DNA of 64,000 nucleotides from Cyanobacteriota bacterium (GCA_046052125.1 JBJOMY010000001.1:384001-448000); one strand, 5' to 3'; shown: positions 27,379 through 38,751, counted from the first letter of the stretch. The notes: generated from the letters alone by a model not told the origin. A program made the numbers and translations.

Positions 27379-29694
27379 ATGAAATTCACGGTCGCCGATC
27401 TGATCGACCAGCTCCCGGCCCAGGAGCAGCTCAGCCTCAGCCAGCTTGAACAAGCGCTGGGCCTCACCAGCAAGCCGGAGCAAGAGCAGCTGCGGATCGC
27501 CCTCACTGCCCTGGTGCGGGTGGGTGTGCTCGAGGAAAACGAGCAGGGCATCAGCCGTGTAGACGACGAAGGGCTGATCGAAGCGAGGCTGCGCTGCAGC
27601 AGCAAGGGGTTTTGTTTTGCCCTGCGCGAAGACGGCGGCGAAGACATCTATATCCGCGACAACCAGCTCAACCACGCCTGGAATGGCGATCGGGTGCTGG
27701 TGCGCATCACTCGCGAAGGAGGCCGCCGGCGCTCTCCTGAGGGTGGCGTGCAATGCATCCTCGAGCGCAACACCACCAGCCTGCTGGCCCAGCTGGAGCA
27801 ACAGAACGAACGGCTCTTGGCCGTTCCTCTCGACGACCGTCTGCTCACCAGCATCGAGCTGCCTTCCAGCGATAGCCAATACCTGAAGCCGGCCGACGAA
27901 GCCGTGGTGGAGGTGAAGGTGGATCGCTACCCGGTGGGGCAACTGCCCTCCCAGGGCCACGTGGCACGCAGCCTGGCGATCAACGCTGGCCCCGAAGCCG
28001 ATCTCGATCTGCTGATCACCAAGCACGGGCTGCGCGATCGCAGCGCTGCACCGAAAGCATCGCTCAAGAGCCTGGAGCCCAAAGAGCGTGAAGACCTCAC
28101 GGCCCTGCCAACGCTGCAGTTGCAGTGCTGGGGCAGCAGCGAAGCGCCGATCCTCCCGGCCGTGTCGCTCGAGAGCAGCGAGGCTGGCCACCGGCTCTGG
28201 GTGCACGCCCCAGCCGTGGCCGAGCGCTTCGGCTTCGCCAGCGCCCTCGACCTGCACCTGCGTGATCAGGCCGAAGCGCTGTGCTTAGGCACCAGCTGGC
28301 TGCCCCTGCTGCCCGCGGCGCTCACCAAAGCTGCCGCCTTCAAGCCCGGCAGCGCCGAAGCCGCCCTCTCGGTTGTTCTGGAGCTGAGTGCAACCGGTGA
28401 GCTGGAGCACTACCGCTTCTGCCGCAGCACCATCAAGCTGGATGGCGTGGCCGACGCCAAGGCCCTGCAAGCGCTGGCTGAACGCAAACCCAAGGCCCGC
28501 ACCACCCCCGCGGCGCTCAAAGGCCTCAAAGATCAGCTGCCGCTGCTGGAGCAACTGATCCAGCTGGCCCAGCTCCTCCGGGCGCAGCGCCTGGCCTCCG
28601 GATCGATTGATCTGGATCTGGCCATGCCCGCCATCGATGGGCTCGGCGATCTGGCGATTCCCGAACCGGATGAAAGCCGGCAGGGCTGGATGGTGCAACT
28701 GGATCCAGCCACCGAACCCGCAGGTCTGCTGCGGGAACTGGTGCTGCCCGCCCATCGCGCCCTCGGTCGCCACCTGGCGGCACTGGAGTTGCCGGCGATC
28801 TTTGCCGTGAACCCGGCGCCCGATGCCGAAGCGCTCAACGATGTGGCCAAGGCGGCGCTGGCCTTGGAGATCCCTCTGGAACTCTCTGCCGATGGCAACG
28901 CCACAGCCCAGGAACTGGCCCAGGCCTTTGCCAGCAGCGATCGTTGCCGGGTGCTCCAGCAGCAGCTGCGCGAACCGCTCAAACCCGTGACGCTGAGCGT
29001 TGAAGCAGGCCCCAACGCCCTGGCGGGGGAGAGCGTGGCCCTGGCTCCCTGGTGCTGCCCGGCGCTCCACTACGCCGATCTCTGGAACCAGCACGTGCTT
29101 TCGCTGCTGCTGGCCGAGGGCAAGGACCGGCCATCGGTGCGTCACAAAACCCGCGTGGACATTGCGGGTGACAGCAGCCATGGGCTGATCGATTGGCCGC
29201 TGCTACCCCCCAGCCAGATCCAACCTCTGGAGGAGGGCCGCAGCATCGCCCTGCTGCATCGCCTCAACGGCCGCTGCCGCTTCGCCGCCGAACTCCAGAC
29301 CGATGCCCTGGCCCTGGCCCAGGCCCGGCAGGCCGAGCCGCTGGTGGGCCAAACCCTCACCGGTGTGATCAGCGGCGTGCAGAGCTACGGCTTCTTCGTG
29401 GAGGTGCCCCCCTCCCAGGTGGAGGGACTGGTGCATGTGAGCTCCCTGAAAGACGACTGGTACGAATACCGCTCCCGCCAGAACCGTCTGGTGGGCCGCA
29501 AGAACCGCCGCAACTACATGCTTGGCGATGCGGTCGAGGTGACCATCCAGAAGGTGGATGTGCTCCGCCACCAGATCGATCTGGCCGTTGTGCTGCCTGA
29601 GGGCTACGAGGAGTACCGGCCTGATGGCTCTGAGCCCCGTGGCGATCAGACCGACAGCAGCGAGGAGAGTCCAGCCGGCGATCAGGAGGAGTGA
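27379..29694 (+). CDS. RNase R/RNB-family protein (Zam-like), catalytic motifs degenerate
   Basis: Cold-shock domain (KGFCF...EDIYI...AWNGDRV), degenerate RNB core, intact S1 domain (ISGVQSYGFFVE...EGLVHVSSL). ATG at 27379. Confidence 0.85.
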   Translation: MKFTVADLIDQLPAQEQLSLSQLEQALGLTSKPEQEQLRIALTALVRVGVLEENEQGISRVDDEGLIEARLRCSSKGFCFALREDGGEDIYIRDNQLNHAWNGDRVLVRITREGGRRRSPEGGVQCILERNTTSLLAQLEQQNERLLAVPLDDRLLTSIELPSSDSQYLKPADEAVVEVKVDRYPVGQLPSQGHVARSLAINAGPEADLDLLITKHGLRDRSAAPKASLKSLEPKEREDLTALPTLQLQCWGSSEAPILPAVSLESSEAGHRLWVHAPAVAERFGFASALDLHLRDQAEALCLGTSWLPLLPAALTKAAAFKPGSAEAALSVVLELSATGELEHYRFCRSTIKLDGVADAKALQALAERKPKARTTPAALKGLKDQLPLLEQLIQLAQLLRAQRLASGSIDLDLAMPAIDGLGDLAIPEPDESRQGWMVQLDPATEPAGLLRELVLPAHRALGRHLAALELPAIFAVNPAPDAEALNDVAKAALALEIPLELSADGNATAQELAQAFASSDRCRVLQQQLREPLKPVTLSVEAGPNALAGESVALAPWCCPALHYADLWNQHVLSLLLAEGKDRPSVRHKTRVDIAGDSSHGLIDWPLLPPSQIQPLEEGRSIALLHRLNGRCRFAAELQTDALALAQARQAEPLVGQTLTGVISGVQSYGFFVEVPPSQVEGLVHVSSLKDDWYEYRSRQNRLVGRKNRRNYMLGDAVEVTIQKVDVLRHQIDLAVVLPEGYEEYRPDGSEPRGDQTDSSEESPAGDQEE

Positions 29695-29698
29695 GACC

Positions 29699-30328
29699 TT
29701 GAGCGACGCCGAGGTCCGTGCACCGATCGTCTTGGCGGTGTCGGGCGCCAGTGCCCAGCCGTTGGCCGAACGCGCTTTGCAGCTGTTGATGCAGGCCGGC
29801 GAACAGGTGGAACTGGTGGTGAGCCGCGGGGCGATCGGCGTATGGCAGGCCGAACTGGGGGTGCGGGTGCCCAGTGAACCCGAAGCACAGGAGCAGTTCT
29901 GGCGCGAACGCACCGCGTGCGGCAGCGGCAGCCTGCGCTGCCACCGCTGGAACGATCAAGCCGCCGCCATCGCCAGCGGCAGCCATCGCACCCGGGGGAT
30001 GGTGATTCTTCCCTGCTCGATGGGGGCCGTTGGGCGCATCGCCGCTGGCGTGGCGACGGATTTGCTGGAGCGCTGTGCCGACGTGCACCTCAAGGAGGGC
30101 CGGCCCCTGGTGATCTGCCCGCGGGAAACGCCCTGGAACCTCGTGCATCTGCGCAATCTCACCGCTCTGGCGGAAAGCGGCGCGCGCATCGCCCCACCCG
30201 TGCCGGCCTGGTATCACCAGCCGCAACGTATTGAAGACATGGTGGACTTTCTGGTGATCCGGGTGTTCGATTGCCTGGGCTATGACCTGGGCAACCTGCA
30301 GCGCTGGAGCGGCCCGATCCAGCCGTAA
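29699..30328 (+). CDS. ubiX: Flavin prenyltransferase UbiX
   Basis: LAVSGAS, IASGS, PCSM, ERCADVHLKEGRPL, RETP, PAWYHQP; TTG start after AGGAGG. Confidence 0.94.
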   Translation: MSDAEVRAPIVLAVSGASAQPLAERALQLLMQAGEQVELVVSRGAIGVWQAELGVRVPSEPEAQEQFWRERTACGSGSLRCHRWNDQAAAIASGSHRTRGMVILPCSMGAVGRIAAGVATDLLERCADVHLKEGRPLVICPRETPWNLVHLRNLTALAESGARIAPPVPAWYHQPQRIEDMVDFLVIRVFDCLGYDLGNLQRWSGPIQP

Positions 30329-30348
30329 GCCCCACGCCCCATTCGTTT

Positions 30349-30879
30349 GTGCTGCAACGCATCCTGCTGGTTCCGCTGCTCTCGCCGCTGCTGGCGGTGT
30401 TTCTGGTGGCCGCCATCAACCCAAGGCCGTGGGTGAGCGTCCGGCTACTGATCTGGAGCTCCCCCAGCTGGCCGCTCGGCGGATGGATCGCCACCGCAGC
30501 CGGCCTCGGTGCGGCGGTGAGTGGAGCCGGTGCAGCGCTAGCCCTGCAAGCTCAAGGGGTAGCCACGCCGCCACGCCGGCAAGTGAGGCGCCGCAGCGAG
30601 GCCGGCACTGAGCCCGAACGAGCTGCAGAACGGGATGAGGATCGCTGGCAGGCTGCCCCGAAAGCGCCCTGGGCTGGTGTTAGTGCGCCCTGGGCTGGGC
30701 CCAGCCGCGCGGCCAACGAACCAGCTCCAACCGTGTCGGTGCCGTTTCGGGTGATCCGCAAGGGAAAGCCAGCTGCCGCTCGCCAGGCAGACATCACAAG
30801 CCAACCCCAGGCCCAAGCCACCGCCAGCACAGCCCCTGCCGCAGATGACTGGAACGCGGCGGCCAGTGACGACTGGTGA
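30349..30879 (+). CDS. Hypothetical membrane protein
   Basis: Two N-terminal hydrophobic segments, PTVSVPFRVIRK motif, DDW terminus. Confidence 0.65.
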   Translation: MLQRILLVPLLSPLLAVFLVAAINPRPWVSVRLLIWSSPSWPLGGWIATAAGLGAAVSGAGAALALQAQGVATPPRRQVRRRSEAGTEPERAAERDEDRWQAAPKAPWAGVSAPWAGPSRAANEPAPTVSVPFRVIRKGKPAAARQADITSQPQAQATASTAPAADDWNAAASDDW

Positions 30880-30919
30880 TCCCTAAAGTTCACCCGCGTA
30901 TTAACCGAGGCCTGCGACG

Positions 30920-31327
30920 GTGACCGATTCCGCCCAGCCCGCCCAGGCCACTCCGGCCAAACCGCCGGCACCGGAAGAGAAGCCCTTTGCCGACTTCGTT
31001 CCCAACCTGCTGATCCCAGCGATCGCCAAGGAGATCGAGGCCTACGGCGGCCCCGCTTGCACGATCAGCTTCGAGCAGGGCCCAATGCCAGTGGTGGGCA
31101 GCAGCTGCTGGATGGTGATCGGCAACCTTCCCGGTGGTCGGCGCTTCTGGCTTTGCTTCACCAGCGACTCGATCAGCTCCGCCAAGACCATCGCGGTTGC
31201 CGAAGCCGGAGCTGAACCCAGCCTGCTGGAGTCGTTTTTGATCGATGAAAAGAAGATGACCCTGGCCTTGCTGGTCTCGCGACTGGTGCAACGGCTCAAT
31301 GGTCAGAAGTGGCTGGGTGCCAACTGA
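30920..31327 (+). CDS. DUF2996 family protein
   Basis: EEKPF, RRFWLCF, ESFLIDEKK...RLNGQKWL. Confidence 0.85.
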   Translation: MTDSAQPAQATPAKPPAPEEKPFADFVPNLLIPAIAKEIEAYGGPACTISFEQGPMPVVGSSCWMVIGNLPGGRRFWLCFTSDSISSAKTIAVAEAGAEPSLLESFLIDEKKMTLALLVSRLVQRLNGQKWLGAN

Positions 31328-31422
31328 CGGGTTCAGCGCTGATCGGTAGCGGCTGGTGAAGCGGGGCCTCGCCAACCCCGCGTGCCCCCTACGATGGAAA
31401 GCCAGTCCAGAGAAGCAGCCTG

Positions 31423-32517
31423 ATGGTGCCTCCCGCCGTTGCCACACCAGACGCCGCAACAGCCATCGGCACTCCTGACGCGCCAGCGATCAAGGACCCG
31501 GTGAAGGACACGATCCTCACGCCGCGGTTCTACACAACCGATTTCGAGGCGATGGCCGCCATGGACCTCAGCCCCAACGAGGCTGAGCTTGAGGCCATCT
31601 GCGAAGAGTTCCGCAAGGACTACAACCGCCACCACTTCGTTCGCAACGAGGAATTCGAGGGCGCGGCCGACAAGCTCGATCCCGACACCCGCCGGGTGTT
31701 CGTGGAATTCCTGGAGCAGAGCTGCACCTCGGAGTTTTCCGGCTTCCTTCTCTACAAGGAGCTGAGCCGCCGCATCAAAGAGAAGAACCCGCTGCTGGCG
31801 GAGTGCTTTGCGCACATGGCCCGCGATGAAGCCCGCCATGCTGGTTTCCTGAACAAGTCGATGAGTGATTTCGGGCTGCAGCTCGACCTCGGCTTCCTCA
31901 CGGCAAACAAGGCTTACACCTACTTCAAGCCTGAATACATCTTCTACGCCACCTACCTGAGCGAGAAGATCGGCTATTGGCGCTACATCGCGATCTTCCG
32001 CCACCTTGAGAAGAACCCCGACAGCAAGATCTTCCCGATCTTCAACTTCTTCGAAAACTGGTGCCAGGACGAGAACCGCCACGGCGATTTCTTCGACGCC
32101 CTGATGAAGGCACAGCCCAAGAGCGTGACCGGCCTGCGGGCGCGTCTGTGGTGCCGCTTCTTCCTGCTGGCCGTGTTCGCCACCATGTATGTGCGCGACG
32201 TGGCTCGTAAGGAGTTTTACGAAGCCCTCGGTCTCGATGCTCGCGAGTACGACAAGTACGTGATCGCCAAAACCAACGAAACCTCAGCCCGCGTGTTCCC
32301 CGTGGTGCTGAACGTGGAGCATCCCAAGTTCTACGAGCGCCTCGAGCAGCTGGTGCGCAACAACGACCAGCTCAGCGCCGCCGACGAGAGCAATGCGATT
32401 GCACCCCTCAAGCTGCTGCGCAAGCTGCCCTATTGGATCGCCAACGGCGCCGAGATGGCCAAGCTGTTCCTCATGAGCCCGATCCGCAGCGAGCAGTACC
32501 AGCCCGCCGTGCGCTGA
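31423..32517 (+). CDS. acsF: Mg-protoporphyrin IX monomethyl ester oxidative cyclase
   Basis: [44 protein letters not shown] di-iron motifs. Confidence 0.98.
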   Translation: MVPPAVATPDAATAIGTPDAPAIKDPVKDTILTPRFYTTDFEAMAAMDLSPNEAELEAICEEFRKDYNRHHFVRNEEFEGAADKLDPDTRRVFVEFLEQSCTSEFSGFLLYKELSRRIKEKNPLLAECFAHMARDEARHAGFLNKSMSDFGLQLDLGFLTANKAYTYFKPEYIFYATYLSEKIGYWRYIAIFRHLEKNPDSKIFPIFNFFENWCQDENRHGDFFDALMKAQPKSVTGLRARLWCRFFLLAVFATMYVRDVARKEFYEALGLDAREYDKYVIAKTNETSARVFPVVLNVEHPKFYERLEQLVRNNDQLSAADESNAIAPLKLLRKLPYWIANGAEMAKLFLMSPIRSEQYQPAVR

Positions 32518-32542
32518 TCGCCGCTCAACCCCCTGATGCGAT

Positions 32543-32570
32543 GGGCCTCGACTGCGGTCGGGGCCTTTTT
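32543..32570 (+). terminator. Intrinsic terminator after acsF
   Basis: GGGCCTCGAC-TGCG-GTCGGGGCC followed by TTTTT. Confidence 0.8.
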
Positions 32571-32627
32571 GCTAGGAAAAACGGCATCCACAGCCCTTGA
32601 GGGCTCCACCTTCACTCCCCTCCCCGC

Positions 32628-34055
32628 GTGATCGCCAACGCCCCGCCGGACACCGGCAACCTCGACAGTCGCTGGACCCCAGCCCTTGAGGATCTGCTGG
32701 CCTGTGGCCGCAGCGCCGGAGCTGATCTCGTTGAGATCTTCCTGGAGCGCACCGACCACCTCGGTGTGTTGGCCGAACAGGACACGATCACCAGCGTGAC
32801 CCCTGCCTTTGGCATGGGTGCTGGCATCCGGGTGTTCCGCGGCCACCGCGATGGATTCGTAAGCACCAACGACCTCAGCCCGTCGGGTCTGCGGCGAGCC
32901 CTAGAGCAGGCGCTGGGCATGCTGGGTCTGGAGGCGTCGCTCCACAGCAGCAGTGGCTTTGAAGGCCTGCCGAATCTCAGAGATTTCGCCACCAGCAAGC
33001 TCGATTGGCTGCAGCACTGCCCGCAGCTCACCGAAGCCACGGCCCGCCTGTTGGAAGGCACCGACCAGCTGCAAAAACACGGCAAACACCTTCAGGCCCG
33101 GCGCGGCAGCTATGCGCGCGACTGGCAGGAAGTGCTCGTGGCCGCCAGTGACGGCACCTTCGGCCGCGACATCCGTCTGCATCAGTCGGTGGGGCTGAAC
33201 GTGCTCGCAGCCGATGGTGAGCACCGCGCGGGAGTGGGCCGGCGCTACGGCACCTCCGATCAACCGGATGACCTGCGCCGCTGGGATGCAACCGCCTCCG
33301 CGGCCGAGGTGTGCACCAGCGCCGGCACCATGCTCTATGCCGACTACGTGGAAGCCGGTCAGATGCCAGCGGTGCTGGCGAATCGTTTTGGCGGTGTGAT
33401 TTTCCACGAGGCTTGCGGCCACCTGCTGGAAACCACCCAGGTGGAGCGCGGCACCACCCCCTTCGCGGAGCAGGTGGGTGAGGTCATCGCCCATGAGGCC
33501 GTAACCGCCATCGATGAGGGCCTCACCGGAGGCGCCTTCGGCTCCCTCTCGATGGATGACGAGGGCATGGAAGCGCAGCGAACGGTGCTGATTGAGAACG
33601 GCGTGCTCAAGCGCTTCATCAGCGATCGAGCCGGTGAACTGCGCACGGGCCACGCCCGCACGGGCAGCGGCCGCCGCCAAAGCCACACCTTTGCCGCCGC
33701 CAGCCGGATGCGCAACACCTACATCGCCGCAGGCCCCCACACACCCGATCAACTGATCGCTTCGGTGGATCGAGGCCTCTACTGCAAATCGATGGGAGGC
33801 GGCAGCGTGGGCCCCACCGGCCAGTTCAACTTTGCGGTGGAAGAGGCCTATCTGATTGAAAACGGCGAGCTCACCAAACCCGTGAAGGGCGCCACCTTGA
33901 TCGGCGAAGCCAAAGAGGTGATGCCGCGGATCTCGATGTGCGCCAACGACCTCGAGTTGGCCGCAGGATTTTGTGGTTCCGTGAGCGGCAGCATCTTCGT
34001 CACCGTGGGCCAGCCCCACATCAAGGTGGATTCGATCACCGTGGGAGGCCGCTGA
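32628..34055 (+). CDS. tldD: TldD metalloprotease subunit
   Basis: [37 protein letters not shown]. Confidence 0.93.
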   Translation: MIANAPPDTGNLDSRWTPALEDLLACGRSAGADLVEIFLERTDHLGVLAEQDTITSVTPAFGMGAGIRVFRGHRDGFVSTNDLSPSGLRRALEQALGMLGLEASLHSSSGFEGLPNLRDFATSKLDWLQHCPQLTEATARLLEGTDQLQKHGKHLQARRGSYARDWQEVLVAASDGTFGRDIRLHQSVGLNVLAADGEHRAGVGRRYGTSDQPDDLRRWDATASAAEVCTSAGTMLYADYVEAGQMPAVLANRFGGVIFHEACGHLLETTQVERGTTPFAEQVGEVIAHEAVTAIDEGLTGGAFGSLSMDDEGMEAQRTVLIENGVLKRFISDRAGELRTGHARTGSGRRQSHTFAAASRMRNTYIAAGPHTPDQLIASVDRGLYCKSMGGGSVGPTGQFNFAVEEAYLIENGELTKPVKGATLIGEAKEVMPRISMCANDLELAAGFCGSVSGSIFVTVGQPHIKVDSITVGGR

Positions 34056-34057
34056 TC

Positions 34058-35452
34058 ATGAACAGCACTGCAACAACCAGCACGGAAACCAACGCCGGCT
34101 TGAACGCTGAAGCCTTGCGCCACAGCCTCGAGCAGATCGCCGCCGCCAACGGCATCAGCCGCTGGGATCTCGGCGCCGCCTGCTCCACCGATCTATCTGT
34201 GCAGGTGGATCGCGGCGAAGCCAAACAGATGAAGGGCGCCCAGCGCAGCTCCATCACAGTGCGGGTGTGGAACGATCAGGGCTTGGTGGGTGTCACCAGC
34301 ACCTCCGATCTCTCCGCCGCAGGGCTCGAGCGCGCCCTCAGCGGTGCCAAGGAGGCCAGCGCCTTCGGCAATGCCGACGACATCCCGGCCTTCTCGCCTC
34401 TGGCCACGGCACCCCTGGCGCAGCTCGATCAACCGATCCATGCCCCGCAAGGCATCCTGCGCCTGCTCGACACGCTCAAGGGCGCCGAGCAAGACCTGCT
34501 CAGCCGCCATGAGGCGATCAGCACCGTTCCCTACAACGGCCTTGCGGAACGCAGCAGCGAACGCATCTATCTCAACAGCGACGGTGCCTGCCGCCAGCAG
34601 AAGCTGACCACCGCCAGCCTGTATCTCTATGCCCGCGCCGAGGAAAGCGGACGCAAACCCCGCAGTGCCGGAGCCGTGCGCCTGGCCTATGGCGCCGGAG
34701 ACCTCGACATTGCTGGCTGCATCAACGAGGCAGCTGAGCGCACGATCAGCCATCTCAATTACGCACCCATCAGCACCGGCCGCTACACCTGCGTGTTCAG
34801 CCCCGAGGCGTTTCTCGATCTGATCGGCGCCTTCAGCAACCTGTTCAATGCCCGCTCCGTACTGGATGAGGTGAGCCTGAGCAACCGCGAATCGATCGGC
34901 GAAAGCCTGGCCGTGCCGTTCCTGGATTTGCACGACAACGGTTTGCACCCGGCCAACATCGGCGCCTCCGCCTTCGATGGTGAAGGCACCCCCACCAAAC
35001 GCCTGGCCCTGTTGGAGGGCGGCGTCCTTCGCAATTTCCTGCACTCCGAAGCCACGGCGCGCGCCTTTGGCGTTGCCCCCACCGGCCATGCGGGCCTCGG
35101 GGCCAAGGTGTCGGTGGGGCCGGACTGGTTCGAGATCGGCCCGACTCCCGGCAGCGGCGGCGGCCAAGCCGGCCTGGATCGCTTCAATGCCGGCGAGCCC
35201 ATTGTGTGGATCGATTCCCTCTCCGCGCTGCACGCCGGTGTGAAGGCCAGCCAGGGTTCGTTCTCGCTGCCCTTCGACGGCTGGCTGATTCAGAACGGGG
35301 AACCCCGTTCAATCGAAGCCGCCACCGTGGCTGGTGATATCCGCCAGGTGCTCAAGGCGATCGTGGGCTTTGAAGGGGAAGCGAAGGTCACACCTGATGG
35401 GCTCTGCCCGATGGTGTGGGTGGAGGGCCTCTCGATCACAGGCGAAGCCTGA
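34058..35452 (+). CDS. pmbA: PmbA/TldE protein
   Basis: FDGEG, TGHA, LHAG, GSFSLP; no HExxxH; directly follows tldD. Confidence 0.9.
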   Translation: MNSTATTSTETNAGLNAEALRHSLEQIAAANGISRWDLGAACSTDLSVQVDRGEAKQMKGAQRSSITVRVWNDQGLVGVTSTSDLSAAGLERALSGAKEASAFGNADDIPAFSPLATAPLAQLDQPIHAPQGILRLLDTLKGAEQDLLSRHEAISTVPYNGLAERSSERIYLNSDGACRQQKLTTASLYLYARAEESGRKPRSAGAVRLAYGAGDLDIAGCINEAAERTISHLNYAPISTGRYTCVFSPEAFLDLIGAFSNLFNARSVLDEVSLSNRESIGESLAVPFLDLHDNGLHPANIGASAFDGEGTPTKRLALLEGGVLRNFLHSEATARAFGVAPTGHAGLGAKVSVGPDWFEIGPTPGSGGGQAGLDRFNAGEPIVWIDSLSALHAGVKASQGSFSLPFDGWLIQNGEPRSIEAATVAGDIRQVLKAIVGFEGEAKVTPDGLCPMVWVEGLSITGEA

Positions 35453-35462
35453 AGCAGCCCTG

Positions 35463-36509
35463 ATGAAGATCCTGTTCTGGGGCACGCCGGCCTACGCCGT
35501 GCCCAGCCTGGATGCGCTGGTGGCGGCGGGCCATCAACTCGTGGGGGTGGTGAGCCAACCCGATCGCCGCCGCGGGCGCGGCAACGCACTGGTGCCTTCA
35601 GCGGTGAAGGCAAGGGCGCTGGAGCTGGGACTACCGGTGTTCACGCCGGAGCGCATCCGCCGCGAGCCGCAATGCCAACAACAGCTTGCGGAGCTGGGTG
35701 CCGATGTCTACGTGGTGGTGGCGTTCGGCCAGATCCTGCCGCCGGAGGTGCTGGCCCAGCCCCCTCTGGGGTGCTGGAACGGTCATGGCTCGCTGCTCCC
35801 GCGCTGGCGTGGCGCAGGCCCGATTCAATGGAGCCTGCTGGAAGGCGATCCACAGACCGGCGTTGGAATCATGGCGATGGAGGAGGGGCTGGATACCGGG
35901 CCCGTGCTGCTGGAGGAGTCGATCCCGATCGGCCTGTCGGAGAACGCACAGCAACTGGCGGCCAGGTTGGCCGAGCTCACCGGCGCGCTGCTGGTGAAGG
36001 CGATGCCGCTGATCGAGGCCGCAGGCCCTGGGCCTGAAGCCGAACGACTGGCGCGGCTGGGGGTTCGCCACCAAAGCGAAGAGGGCATGACCTACGCGCG
36101 CATGCTCAGCAAAGACAACTTCCAGATCGACTGGAGCCAGTCCGCTTTGGCGATCCATCGACGAGTGATGGGGCTCTACCCAGGAGCCGTCAGCAGCTGG
36201 CATGGCAAGCGGATCAAACTGCTGGCCACCGAACCGCTAGTGCAACGGCTGGCAGGCGATCTGAGTCAGGAGGCTCGAGACCTGGCGCAGCGCTGGGGCC
36301 AGGCACCAGGTGCCACGAGGGATGCCGATGCAGCAACCCCTGGCACAGTGCTGGATGTGGTGAGCGGTGTGGGGTTAGTGGTGGCCACCGGCGGCTGTCC
36401 GCTGTTGCTGAAAGCAGCCCAGCTAGAAGGCAAAAGTGCAGCTAGCGGCGGGCAGCTTCTGCAGCAATTGCAGGCCCAACCAGGCGATCAGCTAGGCCAA
36501 GGGAGCTGA
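35463..36509 (+). CDS. fmt: Methionyl-tRNA formyltransferase
   Basis: MKILFWGTP, SQPDR, VVAFGQIL, NGHGSLLPRWRGAGPIQ, GLDTG. Confidence 0.96.
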   Translation: MKILFWGTPAYAVPSLDALVAAGHQLVGVVSQPDRRRGRGNALVPSAVKARALELGLPVFTPERIRREPQCQQQLAELGADVYVVVAFGQILPPEVLAQPPLGCWNGHGSLLPRWRGAGPIQWSLLEGDPQTGVGIMAMEEGLDTGPVLLEESIPIGLSENAQQLAARLAELTGALLVKAMPLIEAAGPGPEAERLARLGVRHQSEEGMTYARMLSKDNFQIDWSQSALAIHRRVMGLYPGAVSSWHGKRIKLLATEPLVQRLAGDLSQEARDLAQRWGQAPGATRDADAATPGTVLDVVSGVGLVVATGGCPLLLKAAQLEGKSAASGGQLLQQLQAQPGDQLGQGS

Positions 36510-36512
36510 TCC

Positions 36513-37283
36513 TCAGGCGATCAACAGCTGGTAAGCCTCGTTGATCCGGCGAAAGGCCTCAGCCTCCCCTCCCATATCGGGGTGGTGTTGCTTCACCAAA
36601 CGGCGATGGGCGCGTTTGATCGCATCGCGCGACGCACCCCACTCCAATCCCAACTGGCGATAGGCCTGCTGGCGCCGCGGATCGCTGCCCTCCCCATGGG
36701 AGCTGCGCTGGTCGGTGCTGCGTTCATCCGTGCGGGTGCGGCGGCCCGTGCTGCGGCGAGAACCCCGATGCTCCTGACGCTGTTGCTGCTGAAGCAGATC
36801 CTGCACAACCCGCTGGGGTGCATCCGAGAGCCATTCGCGTGCACTGACCCCATACAGCGCAAAGGCGGCCAACACCGCCAGGCGTTTCTTGGTGCGCGGA
36901 CCGGCCACTGCCGCCTGCAGGTCCGTGCCGAGGCCTGGAGCGAGGCGGTCCAAGCGTTGCTCCAGCGTGAGCTGGGGATGAAAACTGAGCCGGTTCAACT
37001 CAGCGATCAGGCCCTGGAGACCCGAGCGCTCATCGCCAGCGCGCAGCTGGGCCCAGCCGTTCTGATGGGCCAACAGTTCACCCCATCGCTGCACCTGCTC
37101 GGCGGTGATCCAACTGGATGCCGAGGGGGACCCAGGGTCGCGCTGCAACCGTTCCAGTTGCCGGCGCAAACGCTGCACCTCACGGCGCAGCGCCTCGTTC
37201 TCGGCGAGCAGCCCATCGAGATTGCTGGTGACCTCTGGGGCTCTGCGGGGTGGTGCGTTCCACTGACGCGGATCGAATCCCAT
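36513..37283 (-). CDS. Protein with C-terminal DnaJ domain
   Basis: N-terminal coiled coil; C-terminal AYRQLGL...IKRAHRRLVKQHHPDMGG...INEAY. Confidence 0.85.
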   Translation of the reverse strand: MGFDPRQWNAPPRRAPEVTSNLDGLLAENEALRREVQRLRRQLERLQRDPGSPSASSWITAEQVQRWGELLAHQNGWAQLRAGDERSGLQGLIAELNRLSFHPQLTLEQRLDRLAPGLGTDLQAAVAGPRTKKRLAVLAAFALYGVSAREWLSDAPQRVVQDLLQQQQRQEHRGSRRSTGRRTRTDERSTDQRSSHGEGSDPRRQQAYRQLGLEWGASRDAIKRAHRRLVKQHHPDMGGEAEAFRRINEAYQLLIA

Positions 37284-37303
37284 CCTTCAGGTCACGGCTC
37301 TTC

Positions 37304-38539
37304 TCAGCGGGAGCGGGGCCGGGCGCTTTGCCCCTGGCGACCACGGACACCGCCCCCAGCACCGCCGGCCCCGCGACCGCCACCAGAGCGGCCGCCGCCA
37401 CGACCGCGACCACCGCTGAGATCGAGCGGCGGAGCTGACAGCACCTTGGGCTCAAAACCAGCCACCTCCTGCCGGGGAAGCTGCGTTCCAATCAATCGCT
37501 CGATCGCCCGCAGCAGCTCGTGCTCTTCGGCAGCCACCAACGACACGGCATGGCCGTTGCAACCGGCCCGGCCCGTGCGACCGATGCGGTGCACATAGTC
37601 CTCGGCCTGATTGGGCAAATCCAGATTCACCACATGAGGAAGCTGGTGGATATCAATGCCTCGCGCCGCGATATCCGTGGCCACCAGCACCTGCACCTCA
37701 CCGCTTTTGAAGCCGGAGAGGGCACGGGTGCGCGCGCCCTGGCTCTTATTGCCGTGGATCGCCGCCGCAGTGATGCCCTCCTGGCTGAGGCGATCGGCGA
37801 TCCGATTGGCGCCGTGCTTGGTGCGGGAGAACACCAGCACCTGCTGCCAGTCGTTGCTCTTGATCAAATGACACAGCAAATCCGGCTTGCGCGCCATGTC
37901 GCAGGGATGGAGCAGGTGCTCCACCGTGGCGGCGGTGCGATTTTCTGGCGTGGCCTGCAGGTGCACCGGGTTATGCAGCAACCCGGTGGCCAGCTTCTTG
38001 ATCGAGGCCTCGAAGGTGGCAGAAAACAGCAGGTTCTGCCGCTTGGCCGGGAGCAACGCCAGGATTTTCTGAATGTCGCGGATGAAGCCCATATCGAGCA
38101 TCCGATCGGCTTCATCCAGCACCAGGATCTCCACCCGGTTCAGCTTCACCGCGTTCTGCTGGGCCAGGTCCATCAGGCGGCCTGGCGTGGCAACCAACAC
38201 ATCGGCGCCACCGCGTAGACGCATCATCTGCGGATTGACCTTCACACCACCGAAGACCACATCGGAGCGCAGATCCAGATGGCGCGAGTAGGCGCGAACG
38301 TTGTCGGCCACCTGAGCCGCCAGCTCGCGGGTGGGGGTGAGCACCAACGCCCGCACCACGTTGTTGCGCGCATGGGCGCCGTGGCGCAACCGCTCCAGCA
38401 TCGGCAGGGTGAAGCCGGCGGTCTTGCCGGTCCCCGTCTGGGCAGCAGCCATCACATCCCGGCCGGCCAGCACCGCTGGGATGCACTGGGCCTGAATCGC
38501 TGATGGCTGGGTGTATCCCTTCTCCAGTACGGCCTGCAC
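37304..38539 (-). CDS. rhlE: DEAD-box RNA helicase, RhlE type (true start probably upstream and non-canonical)
   Basis: [39 protein letters not shown] tail. The frame stays open to 38746 and includes the Q-motif F-x-x-LGL upstream of the first GTG. Confidence 0.93.
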   Translation of the reverse strand: MQAVLEKGYTQPSAIQAQCIPAVLAGRDVMAAAQTGTGKTAGFTLPMLERLRHGAHARNNVVRALVLTPTRELAAQVADNVRAYSRHLDLRSDVVFGGVKVNPQMMRLRGGADVLVATPGRLMDLAQQNAVKLNRVEILVLDEADRMLDMGFIRDIQKILALLPAKRQNLLFSATFEASIKKLATGLLHNPVHLQATPENRTAATVEHLLHPCDMARKPDLLCHLIKSNDWQQVLVFSRTKHGANRIADRLSQEGITAAAIHGNKSQGARTRALSGFKSGEVQVLVATDIAARGIDIHQLPHVVNLDLPNQAEDYVHRIGRTGRAGCNGHAVSLVAAEEHELLRAIERLIGTQLPRQEVAGFEPKVLSAPPLDLSGGRGRGGGRSGGGRGAGGAGGGVRGRQGQSARPRSR

Positions 38540-38751
38540 GATCGGCCGACCAAGGCCCAGGGCCGTGAACGGAGACGAGCTGAGGTCCTCCTCAGTGAGC
38601 GTTGGCGCTTCGGGCGATGGAGTGTTGACTGCGGAGGCGGCTGGAGTGATGCGCCTGATGCGCTGCCGCGACGTTCGCCCGGAGCGCTGCTCCTGACCCG
38701 GAGCTGGGTGAGTGGAGGAGGAGATAGGGCGAGTGCTCTTTGATCCTCACC

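Noticed and set aside
32628..35452. tldD/pmbA as part of a RiPP cluster
   Set aside because: No precursor peptide or modifying enzymes adjacent; the context (acsF, fmt) is housekeeping.
37310..37420. GC-rich quasi-repeat (ccgcc/cgacc)
   Set aside because: It encodes the RGG-rich tail of the RhlE helicase; not a DNA repeat element.
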